Below are positions 7,796-15,557 of a DNA stretch of 20,000 bases, one piece after another. The notes beneath the pieces are model-generated. The model did no database searches. It saw nothing but the letters and a program-made list of their open reading frames with translations, and was not told the DNA's origin. Within the stretch, counting starts at the first letter, position 1. The number at the start of each line of letters is the position of its first letter. The stretch is from an uncultured Actinomycetes bacterium (GTDB taxonomy: Bacteria; Actinomycetota; Acidimicrobiia; Spongiisociales; DATADW01), in NCBI GenBank assembly GCA_963824995.1, contig CAWGRK010000008.1, positions 114,730 through 134,729 on the forward strand, read 5' to 3'. Made by a program: the position numbers and the translations under genes.

Positions 7796-9562
7796 ATGTC
7801 ATTGCTCGATCGGCTCAGCGAGGAATTCGGTGCGGCATTCGAGAAGCTGGGGCTCGATCGAGGGCTCGGCCGCGTTGTGCTCTCGCAGCGGCCCGAGCTT
7901 GGCCAATTCCAGGTCAACGGGGCCATGGCTGCCGCCGGTCAGGCGGGACGGCCGCCACGCCAGATAGCCGAGGCTGTAATAGATCAGATCGGGGCAACCA
8001 ACCGGTTCGCCGCGCTCGAGGTCGCCGGTCCAGGCTTCATCAACGTCACGCTCACCGACGACGTGCTGGCCGAGCACATCGGCGAACTCGCCGGCGACGA
8101 CCGGCAGGGGGTGGCGGTGGTTGAGCCCTCCCTGACCGTCGTCATCGACTACGCCGGACCAAACGTGGCCAAACCGATGCATGTAGGCCACCTCCGGGCG
8201 ACCATCATCGGCGACAGCTTGCGGCGGCTGTTCGGCTTCGCCGGCCACCGCGTCATCGGCGACCCGCACTTTGGCGACTGGGGGCTGCAGATGGGCCAGC
8301 TCATCGCCGAACTGGCGCACCGCCGTCCGGACCTCGCATACTTTGACGCGGATAGCACCGGCCCCTACCCGGTAGAGCCACCACTCTCACTCGACGAACT
8401 GATCGATCTCTACCCCGAAGCGGTCCGGCGTTGCACGACGGACCCTGAGGCGATGGCGGCAGCGCAGCGCGCCACGGCCGACCTGCAGCGGGGCCGTCCC
8501 GGCTACCTGGCGCTGTGGAGACACTTCGTGACCGTCTCCCGCACCTCGCAGGAATCGGACTTTGAACGCCTCGGGGTGCGCTTCGACCTCTGGATGGGAG
8601 AGAGCGACGTCGAGGCGCGTATCCCCGAGATGTTGGAGCGCGTCCGGGCGAGCGGGGCCGCCGAGCAGTCGGAGGGGGCACTGATCGTACGGGTGGATCT
8701 GCCCGACGATCGGATGGACGTGCCACCGCTGCTATTGGTCACGTCACGGGGGTCGTATCTCTACTCGACAACCGACCTGGCCACGATCGATCAGAGAGTC
8801 CGGGATCTAGGAGCGGATGCGATTCTCTATGTGGTCGACGCCCGCCAGGCACTCCACTTCGAGCAGGTGTTTCGCGCTGCCCGCCGCGCCGAGATCGCAC
8901 CGCAGGCTGTCGATCTGGAGCACATCCCGTTCGGGACGATGAACGGGCCAGATGGGCGGCCCTTCAAGACCCGGGAAGGTGGTGTCGTCCGGCTGAGTGA
9001 CCTGATCGAGATGGTCACCACTGCGGCGCTCGAGAGGATCGATGAGGCCGAGATAGGGGCCGGCTACCCGGAGGAAGAGCGTCGCCGGATCGCCATCGCC
9101 GTTGGTCTGGCCGCTCTCAAATTCGGCGACCTGTCCAACCACCGTGCCTCCAACTACGTCTTCGACCTCGACCGGTTCGCATCCTTCGAGGGCAAAACGG
9201 GGCCATACCTGCTCTACGGAGCGGTGCGGATCAAGTCGATCCTGCGGCGTGCGGAGGAACTCGGAAGGTCAGCGGGCAAAGTCCTCCCTGCGGTGCACGC
9301 CGTCGAACGGCAGTTGATGGTCACCGTGGCGATGTTCCCCGAGGCCGTGGAACGGGCCATCGAGGGGCGGGCTCCGAATCACGTTGCCGAATATGCCTAC
9401 GGGCTCGCCACCGACTTCAACCGGTTCTACGACGTCTGCCACATCCTGCGCGAAGAGGACGCTGGACGTCAGGCGTCGTGGCTCACCCTGGTCACCCTGA
9501 CTCTTGCGACTCTGGAGCGATCGCTCGAACTGCTCGGGATCGAGGTTCCCGACCGGATGTGA
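7796..9562 (+). CDS. argS: Arginine--tRNA ligase
   Basis: N-terminal VAGPGFIN, DYAGPNVAKPMHVGHLR (HIGH motif), GDWGLQMG, Y.TTDLA, YVVDARQALHF, PFKTREG, EGKTGPYLLY, C-terminal LLGIEVPDRM. Confidence 0.97.
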   Translation: MSLLDRLSEEFGAAFEKLGLDRGLGRVVLSQRPELGQFQVNGAMAAAGQAGRPPRQIAEAVIDQIGATNRFAALEVAGPGFINVTLTDDVLAEHIGELAGDDRQGVAVVEPSLTVVIDYAGPNVAKPMHVGHLRATIIGDSLRRLFGFAGHRVIGDPHFGDWGLQMGQLIAELAHRRPDLAYFDADSTGPYPVEPPLSLDELIDLYPEAVRRCTTDPEAMAAAQRATADLQRGRPGYLALWRHFVTVSRTSQESDFERLGVRFDLWMGESDVEARIPEMLERVRASGAAEQSEGALIVRVDLPDDRMDVPPLLLVTSRGSYLYSTTDLATIDQRVRDLGADAILYVVDARQALHFEQVFRAARRAEIAPQAVDLEHIPFGTMNGPDGRPFKTREGGVVRLSDLIEMVTTAALERIDEAEIGAGYPEEERRRIAIAVGLAALKFGDLSNHRASNYVFDLDRFASFEGKTGPYLLYGAVRIKSILRRAEELGRSAGKVLPAVHAVERQLMVTVAMFPEAVERAIEGRAPNHVAEYAYGLATDFNRFYDVCHILREEDAGRQASWLTLVTLTLATLERSLELLGIEVPDRM

Positions 9563-9569
9563 CGGCGTC

Positions 9570-10373
9570 TCAGCCGGCGAGAGTGTCGGCGATGAACCCG
9601 GCGTAGCCGATGATGCCCTCGCAAGACAGGTGATAGCCGTCGGCCACGAACCAGTCACTGTTGAGCGTCGCCGCCGTCTGCCAGTCGGCCAACTCGGCTG
9701 TGGGCCACCGATCGACCCCCGCCCGGAGTGCCGCATTGACCTCGTCCTCCCATTCGCGGGGGACGCTCACATTGACGAACACCACCCGGGGTGTCCCGCT
9801 GAGCGAGGCCATAAGGTCGTCAAAGGTCTCGGCGGAAAAGGCGCCGTTGGTCCCGAGGTGCACCACCACGACCGGCGCCAGATCGCCCTCGTTGCGCAGC
9901 CGATCCACCGCCTCGATCGACGCTTCGAACTGTCGCCCTTCCTCGGCATCGACGGCGATGGCACCGTCGAAAACCGACTCGAGCGCCGCGGTGGCGGAGA
10001 GCATGATCGAATCACCTACACCCGAGACTTCCACTGTCCTCTCCTCGGCCGACGACCCGCTGGTACACGCCTCGGCCCCAGCGGTGCCCGCCGAGGTCAC
10101 GGTGGGCGCACCGATATCCACTGAGCCGGCGGTTGGGCTACCCGTGATGACCGCATCGGTCTGTCCGGTCTCGGCGACGGCCGTCCCCGCTGTCGCCTCC
10201 GATGGCCCGGGCGTTGTCGTGCCGGCGGCAAGACCCGGACGCCCGCTGGGACCGAACAACGTGAAGGCGAGGGCCGCCACCCCCGCCACCAGCGTGATGC
10301 TCAGAACGATGATGGCGATGCCACCGGCCGAGCGCCGGGAAGAAGCAGCATGACGTGGAGGCTCGCCTGGCAC
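9570..10373 (-). CDS. Membrane-anchored SGNH-hydrolase-fold protein (OatA C-terminal-like domain, stand-alone)
   Basis: One N-terminal TM helix, Thr/Ala/Gly linker, GDSIM, HLGTNG, DW, DGYH motifs; TATCGT -10 box 6 nt upstream of GTG 10373. Confidence 0.85.
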   Translation of the reverse strand: MPGEPPRHAASSRRSAGGIAIIVLSITLVAGVAALAFTLFGPSGRPGLAAGTTTPGPSEATAGTAVAETGQTDAVITGSPTAGSVDIGAPTVTSAGTAGAEACTSGSSAEERTVEVSGVGDSIMLSATAALESVFDGAIAVDAEEGRQFEASIEAVDRLRNEGDLAPVVVVHLGTNGAFSAETFDDLMASLSGTPRVVFVNVSVPREWEDEVNAALRAGVDRWPTAELADWQTAATLNSDWFVADGYHLSCEGIIGYAGFIADTLAG

Positions 10374-10448
10374 GGCGCGACGATAAACGGCCCGGAGTGC
10401 CGCGATGCGGAGCGGCCGCAGACGGCAGACGAGGACGGCGAACCCTCA

Positions 10449-10603
10449 CCGTCCCCCCGCACGGGGGAAGGGCCCCGCTGCGGAGCAGCGGGTAGGGGGG
10501 CTGGCGAATTCCCAACGGTGCTTGCTCTGCGGCTGTCGCACCTCTGGGAGTGAACCACTCCCCCCTCCCCCGACGCCGACGGGTACTCCCCCGCCGGAGG
10601 GAG
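10449..10603 (+). repeat. Intergenic multi-hairpin repeat, copy 3
   Basis: TCCCCCCGCACGGGGGA, CCCGCTGC-GGA-GCAGCGGG, core TCCCAACGGTGC…GCACCTCTGGGA, right arm CCCCCTCCCCCGACGCC…GGGTACTCCCCCGCCGGAGGGAG. Confidence 0.9.
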
Positions 10604-10615
10604 TGGATCGTTGCT

Positions 10616-12727
10616 CTACCGGTTCATTGCCTCGGCGATGAGGTTGGCGTAGGCGGCGGCTCCTTCGGAGCCGACGTGGATGCCGTCCCAGAACCATTCG
10701 GGATGGTCGTTGCCGAGCGTGTGCCAATCGGCCAGAACGGCGTTGGACCAGCGCGGGACCGCCTCGGCGATCATCTTGTTGACCGAGGTCTCCCAACCGC
10801 GGGGCACGTGGGTGTTGAGCACGACCACACGGGGTGCCTTGGAGGCGACGGATAGCAGCTCGTCGAGTTGGTCCGCAGTGAAAGGGCCATTGGTTCCCAT
10901 GTGTATCACGAGCACATCGCCGAGCCGATCATCTGCCGCCAGCCCGCGCAGGATCTCGATGGCGGTGGTGAGCTGTCGACTCACCTGGGCATCCACCATG
11001 GTCTCGGGTCCGAACCGGGACTCCAAGGCGGGTTTGGCCCCCAGCATGACCGAATCGCCTATGGCGACCACCTTGGGCATCGGAGTGGCCGTGGTCGTCG
11101 TGGCCCTCGCCGAGGCGGCCGCCACAGGCGAGCGGCGGACCCGGCCGTCGGCCGAGCCGCTCCAGGCACCGACATCGACCCGTCCTGCAACAACCGTCGA
11201 CCGGTTGACCGCCAACACCGCACTCCCCCCCTTGGGGACCGCTGAGGCCGAGACGGTGGCACCACGCGCAGCCGGCCGCTGCGCTGGGTCGGGGTCGGCG
11301 GCGGTGACGTCATCGGCAACGGGTTCGGCGGGGAGGGTGTCGGCGCCGGCTGTCGTTGCAGTGCCCGCTGTGCTGACCGGGGCTTCGATTACGGCCCCAG
11401 CCACCGGCTCGGCAGCGGAAACGGTAGGAAGGGCGCCCGGTCCAAACCCGCCCGGCCACGAGCCCACCACCACCGCTCCGGCGAGCAGCGCAACAGAGAG
11501 CACCGACCCGGCACCGGCGAGACGCAACGCCGGACGGGGACGAGGTAGGTGGAGCCATCCTCGACGGAACGGCTGCTCTATCAACCTGTATGAGATGTCG
11601 GCAAGCAGCAGCGTGATCCCCAAACGTGCGGCGAACAGTCCCGGCCCGTCGAAGGGGACATCGATGTGGGGGCGGGTCAACATGAACACCGGCCAGTGCC
11701 AGAGGTAGATGGCGTAGGAACGCACTCCCAGCCAGACCAGCGGCGCCCACCCCAGCACCTTGGCCGGGGCGCCACCGGGGTGAGACGCCGTGGCCACCAG
11801 GATGGCGGAGAGAAACGCCACCAGCAGGAAGCCACCCCGGTAGAGGAAGGTGCCGTACTCCGAAGCGAACATCGTGCAGAGCACCAGTGCTCCTAGAGAG
11901 AGGAGCGCTCCAAGACTCAGCAAGGCCCGACCAGCACGGCGTGGCCGATTGGACAGCCGGCCCGGGATCCAGGCGAAGGCGAGGAGCGATCCCACCAACA
12001 ACCCGGCAGCGCGGGTATCGGTGCCGAAATAGACCCGCGAGGGGTCGGTGCCGGGAATGAACAGCAGCGCCATCAACAAGGCCGAAACCAGCGCACCCAC
12101 CATGATCACCTTTGGGAACCACCGCTTCCCATACAGGGCGATACCGGCTGCGAACATGAGCGGCCATACCACATAGAACTGCTCCTCCACCGCCAGCGAC
12201 CAAAGGTGGCGCAACAGCGACGGCCTACCCAGCGCCACGAAGTAGGACTCCTCCTGGAAGATGAGGTACCAGTTGGTCGAGTAGGTGAAGGCAGCGCCGA
12301 CGTCACCACCCAATCGGGTCTCCTGGTCGGGTACCCACGCCAGGACGACCACCGCCACCACCGCGAGCAGGGCAAACAGGGCCGGGAGCAGACGTCTCGC
12401 CCGCCTAGCCCAGAAGCGCCTCAGCCTGATACCCCCGGTGACCGAGCGCTCTGCAAGCAGCAACGATGTGATCAGGTAACCGCTGATGACGAAGAAGACG
12501 TCGACTCCGAGGAAGCCACCAGGGAGCCAGGCGACATCGGCGTGGTAGACGAGCACCGCCAACACCGCCAAGGCCCGCAGACCGTCGAGGCCGGGCAGGT
12601 AACGGAGACGCGCAGCAGCCGCGGGCGCCTCGGCCCGGCTGTGGGTCCCGTCCTCCCCTCCGCCCTGGGAAGGGGGGCCGGCGGGCGGGGCGGTTTGGCC
12701 CTCGCCGACAGTCACTCGGAGCTTCAC
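10616..12727 (-). CDS. OatA/OafA-like O-acyltransferase (acyltransferase-3 membrane domain + C-terminal SGNH domain)
   Basis: YLPGLDGLRALAV, GGFLGVDVFFVISGYLIT, FWARRARRLLP, HLWSLAVEEQFY, RVYFGTDTR, SYAIYLWHWP; C-terminal GDSVM, HMGTNG, DGIH. Start uncertain (GTG 12727 or 12715). Confidence 0.92.
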   Translation of the reverse strand: MKLRVTVGEGQTAPPAGPPSQGGGEDGTHSRAEAPAAAARLRYLPGLDGLRALAVLAVLVYHADVAWLPGGFLGVDVFFVISGYLITSLLLAERSVTGGIRLRRFWARRARRLLPALFALLAVVAVVVLAWVPDQETRLGGDVGAAFTYSTNWYLIFQEESYFVALGRPSLLRHLWSLAVEEQFYVVWPLMFAAGIALYGKRWFPKVIMVGALVSALLMALLFIPGTDPSRVYFGTDTRAAGLLVGSLLAFAWIPGRLSNRPRRAGRALLSLGALLSLGALVLCTMFASEYGTFLYRGGFLLVAFLSAILVATASHPGGAPAKVLGWAPLVWLGVRSYAIYLWHWPVFMLTRPHIDVPFDGPGLFAARLGITLLLADISYRLIEQPFRRGWLHLPRPRPALRLAGAGSVLSVALLAGAVVVGSWPGGFGPGALPTVSAAEPVAGAVIEAPVSTAGTATTAGADTLPAEPVADDVTAADPDPAQRPAARGATVSASAVPKGGSAVLAVNRSTVVAGRVDVGAWSGSADGRVRRSPVAAASARATTTTATPMPKVVAIGDSVMLGAKPALESRFGPETMVDAQVSRQLTTAIEILRGLAADDRLGDVLVIHMGTNGPFTADQLDELLSVASKAPRVVVLNTHVPRGWETSVNKMIAEAVPRWSNAVLADWHTLGNDHPEWFWDGIHVGSEGAAAYANLIAEAMNR

Positions 12728-12808
12728 GCTAGCCGCAGTGCAGCGGCGCCACCACCGTACGTGGTCGAACCCCCATCTTGGATGCGCAGCGCTTTCTAAG
12801 CTCCCCGG

Positions 12809-13684
12809 ATGCCGGCCATCGACATTAGGCCTGCCCACGCCGATGACCTCGCCGCCGTCGCATCGTTCACGCTGGGCACGTTCTCCTGGGGCGACTACGT
12901 GGCGGACCGCTTCCTCGATTGGCTGGGCGACCCCGACGGGGAAGTGGTGGTTGCGGTGGACCCCACCGACCGGCCGGTGGGGCTACTGCGAGCCGTCATG
13001 ATCTCACCCGAGGAGTGCTGGCTCCACGCCGCCCGTGTGGATCCCTCGGTGCGCCGCCAGGGCATAGGGATGCGGCTCAACGAAGCCGGTGTGGATTGGG
13101 GCAGGGAGCGTGGTGCCCTTGCCGTGCGGCTCATGGTGGAGCAGTGGAACGAGCCGGCACGCCGTCAGGTTGAGAAGCTCGGATACCGCCATGTAGCCAG
13201 CTGGGTGCGCGGGTCGCGCCCCATCGGCGGTTCGGGTGGTTCGACTCAGGGAAACGGCGGCCGTCGCGTCCCAACGGAGGAGCGTCTGCTTCCAGCCGAT
13301 CCCGCCGAGGCGGAGCCTGCATACACGGCATGGACGCTCTCCGAGTTGGTCAGGGACGCGCACGGCCTTTACCCCATCGGGTGGAGTTGGAGGGCGATGC
13401 GACTCGCCGACGTGTCTGCGGCAGCCGCCGCCGGCCGGTTGTTCCAGTGCACATCGGGTTGGGCCATCCTCGAGCCAGGCCAAGAGCGGTCACTCCATTG
13501 CCCGTGGTTGATGGCCTCACCTGATGCCGTGGGCGCTCTCATCGATGCAATCGTTGACCGTGCCCATCAGGTAAAGGTCGGCACCGTCACGATGATGGTC
13601 CCCGAGTCGGCCTGGGTCGTCGGTGCCATGGAGCGTTCCCACTTCGACTTGACTCCTTCGGCCATCTACCAGAAAGACCTCTGA
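12809..13684 (+). CDS. GNAT family N-acetyltransferase (N-terminal GNAT domain plus C-terminal extension)
   Basis: IRPA..DD, WGDYV, WLHAARVDPSVRRQGIG (motif A), N..ARRQVEKLGY; TAAGCT -10 box 6 nt upstream of ATG. Confidence 0.85.
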   Translation: MPAIDIRPAHADDLAAVASFTLGTFSWGDYVADRFLDWLGDPDGEVVVAVDPTDRPVGLLRAVMISPEECWLHAARVDPSVRRQGIGMRLNEAGVDWGRERGALAVRLMVEQWNEPARRQVEKLGYRHVASWVRGSRPIGGSGGSTQGNGGRRVPTEERLLPADPAEAEPAYTAWTLSELVRDAHGLYPIGWSWRAMRLADVSAAAAAGRLFQCTSGWAILEPGQERSLHCPWLMASPDAVGALIDAIVDRAHQVKVGTVTMMVPESAWVVGAMERSHFDLTPSAIYQKDL

Positions 13685-13686
13685 CC

Positions 13687-14238
13687 TTGGTCGGCTTCGA
13701 GGGCTCGCTGGTGACGCTTCGAACGATCGACCCGGACGACGCCGCTCAACTCCACGGGGTGCTCGACCACCGCGAGCTGCGGGGCCGTCGCTACCTGGAG
13801 CGAGAGCACACCGGGCCGCTCGGGCAGGCCGAAGTTCGAAAGCAGATCGAGGCCTGGCAGGAACAGCGGACCGGGCTCGCCCTGGCGGTCACCAGCCGGC
13901 GTGGCGAGGTGGTGGGGCTCGCCACCACGGAATGGGAGTGGGATCCGCTCAACGCCTCGGTCGCAGTGGTGATAGACCCCCGCCGCTGGCGCGGTGGCCT
14001 AGGCGGAGAAGCCCTCTCCCTACTGGTCGACTGGGTGTTCTCCGAGACGGTGGTCACCGGTATCGGCTGCTGGGTGGCGGGATGGAACCAACGAGGGCTC
14101 CGCTTCGCCGAGCGCCACAGGTTTCGGCCGGCGGGGGCGGAACGGCGCACGGGCATCCACAACGGCCGCTGGTTCGACACGGTGGTGTTCGACCAGCTTC
14201 GTCAAGAGTGGGAGGAGTCCCGTGCCGCTCGAGGGTGA
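13687..14238 (+). CDS. GNAT family N-acetyltransferase (RimJ/RimL-like)
   Basis: VTLRTIDPDD, IDPRRWRGGLGGEAL, WNQRGLRFAERHRF, GRWFDTVVFDQLRQEW; TTG start 2 nt after upstream stop. Confidence 0.85.
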   Translation: MVGFEGSLVTLRTIDPDDAAQLHGVLDHRELRGRRYLEREHTGPLGQAEVRKQIEAWQEQRTGLALAVTSRRGEVVGLATTEWEWDPLNASVAVVIDPRRWRGGLGGEALSLLVDWVFSETVVTGIGCWVAGWNQRGLRFAERHRFRPAGAERRTGIHNGRWFDTVVFDQLRQEWEESRAARG

Positions 14239-14794
14239 CCTCGTCCGACTCCGCGAGATCCGTCCGGGTGACGAGCCGTTGCTGGCATCGCTCCGCAACA
14301 ACCTCGCCACCCAGGCCTGGCCCAAGGCATTGCCTCCCGACTACACCGGGGAGATGGTGCGCCGCCGCTACCTCGACCGCGACTACTCGTTCGACAGGCG
14401 TGACGGATACTTCACCGTCGAGCGCAAGGCCGACGACGAGGCGATCGGGTACGCCCAATACAGCGGGGTCGAACCCCGGCTCCGGGGATGGGTCGGGTTG
14501 GCCATGACCCAGCAGGCTTGGGGAACTGGAGCATCCAGGGAGGTGATGGAGTTGCTGCTCCGATTCTGCTTCGAGCAACTCGGCCTGCACGTGATGATGC
14601 TGGGAACCCACACCGGTCTCCCCCGGATGGTCGGACTCGCCGAGAAGCTGGGCTTCAAGATGGCGGTGCGGCTGCGACGCAGCGTCTGGCTGGGAGGCGA
14701 CTACCACGACGGGCTGGTGATGGACCTGTTGCGGGAGGAGTACTACTCAGCCCGCCCCGACCTGGTCGACCGGCTTGTGGACCCGTATAGCTGA
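14222..14794 (+). CDS. GNAT family N-acetyltransferase (RimJ/RimL-like)
   Basis: LEGDLVRLREI, AWGTGASREVMELLLRFCFEQLGLH, AEKLGF, GDYHDGLVMDLLREEY; overlaps previous gene. Confidence 0.87.
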   Translation: MPLEGDLVRLREIRPGDEPLLASLRNNLATQAWPKALPPDYTGEMVRRRYLDRDYSFDRRDGYFTVERKADDEAIGYAQYSGVEPRLRGWVGLAMTQQAWGTGASREVMELLLRFCFEQLGLHVMMLGTHTGLPRMVGLAEKLGFKMAVRLRRSVWLGGDYHDGLVMDLLREEYYSARPDLVDRLVDPYS

Positions 14795-14799
14795 GTCGG

Positions 14800-15330
14800 T
14801 CAGCTGAGGACGGCCGCCCCGATCGCCCACACCAGGTAGAGGATCCCGCCCCTCCAATCTGCGACCCAGCGGGGGAGGTCGCTGGCTCGCTCGAGCAGAT
14901 AGAGCAAAGGCACACCCACGACCACGGCAACCGTGCAACCGGCGAGGCCGATGGTCCCGAGCAACTCGACGCCGACACGGAAGGGGGTGGGCAGCCCGGA
15001 GACCAGCGGTCCTAGAAACGTAGAGAGGGCGAGCATCCCCAGACCCACCAACACCAGCGACAACGCCCTCCCGGTTGCTCGCTCGAGGGGGTCTCCCGCG
15101 TCGCGTCTGGCCACATGGCCTATCGGACCCTCGGCCGCCACGCCTAGGGCGAACGCACCGAGGACACCGAGGACGATCCCCGAACCCAGCATCGCCCCGG
15201 CCGAATCGGTCAAGCCGAGATCGACGACCGAGAAGCCATCGAGCAACACCGTGATCCCGAGCGCCACGATCGCCGTGCCGAGCACCAGCAGACCAACGTC
15301 GAGCATTTCACCCAGCGAGCGCATCGCCAC
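14800..15330 (-). CDS. Hypothetical integral membrane protein (about 5 TM helices)
   Basis: 176-aa ORF dominated by Leu/Val/Gly/Ala hydrophobic segments; fills the gap convergent to the GNAT cluster; no family recognised. Confidence 0.7.
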   Translation of the reverse strand: MAMRSLGEMLDVGLLVLGTAIVALGITVLLDGFSVVDLGLTDSAGAMLGSGIVLGVLGAFALGVAAEGPIGHVARRDAGDPLERATGRALSLVLVGLGMLALSTFLGPLVSGLPTPFRVGVELLGTIGLAGCTVAVVVGVPLLYLLERASDLPRWVADWRGGILYLVWAIGAAVLS

Positions 15331-15430
15331 CCTGAAGTGCTGGCCAAGCCCTCGACCCGACGAGACCCGCGGGGGTCGGCACCGTTTCGGACGAAGCGAC
15401 CAGGATCTGTTCCTGTGCGGGCCGTCCTAG

Positions 15431-15553
15431 GTCGGGGGGGGAGGCGGCGGGGACGAGCCGATCAGAGGTGAGGCGGCCACTGTTGGCGATTCGCCAGTGC
15501 CCGGCGAGGTGTCCTGATCGGTTGGCATCCCGCTGCTCCCGTGGTTTGCGGGG
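15431..15553 (-). repeat. Degenerate copy 4 of the intergenic repeat
   Basis: CCACTGTTGGCGATTCGCCAGT matches the reverse complement of the copy-3 core at 17/22 positions; also GTCGGGGG, CAGAGGTG and CCCGCTGCTCC…GCGGGG in the expected order. Confidence 0.55.
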
Positions 15554-15557
15554 AAGC

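Noticed and set aside
7533..7802. Short ORFs over the repeats sharing peptide PLPAAPQRGP (also 10301..10558)
   Set aside because: The similarity is just the shared DNA repeat; ORF boundaries and frames are not conserved.
3326..10603. Repeat copies as a CRISPR array or tRNA
   Set aside because: Copies are kilobases apart in both orientations, with no repeat-spacer periodicity, no cas genes and no cloverleaf or T-loop motif.
12651..12695. TCCCCTCCGCCCTGGGAAGGGGGGCC resembling a repeat arm inside the OatA-like 5' end
   Set aside because: Too short and low-complexity; lacks the second hairpin and core.
12728..12838. N-terminal extension of the OatA-like ORF to 12838
   Set aside because: Would overlap the divergent GNAT start and its promoter; translation is not protein-like.
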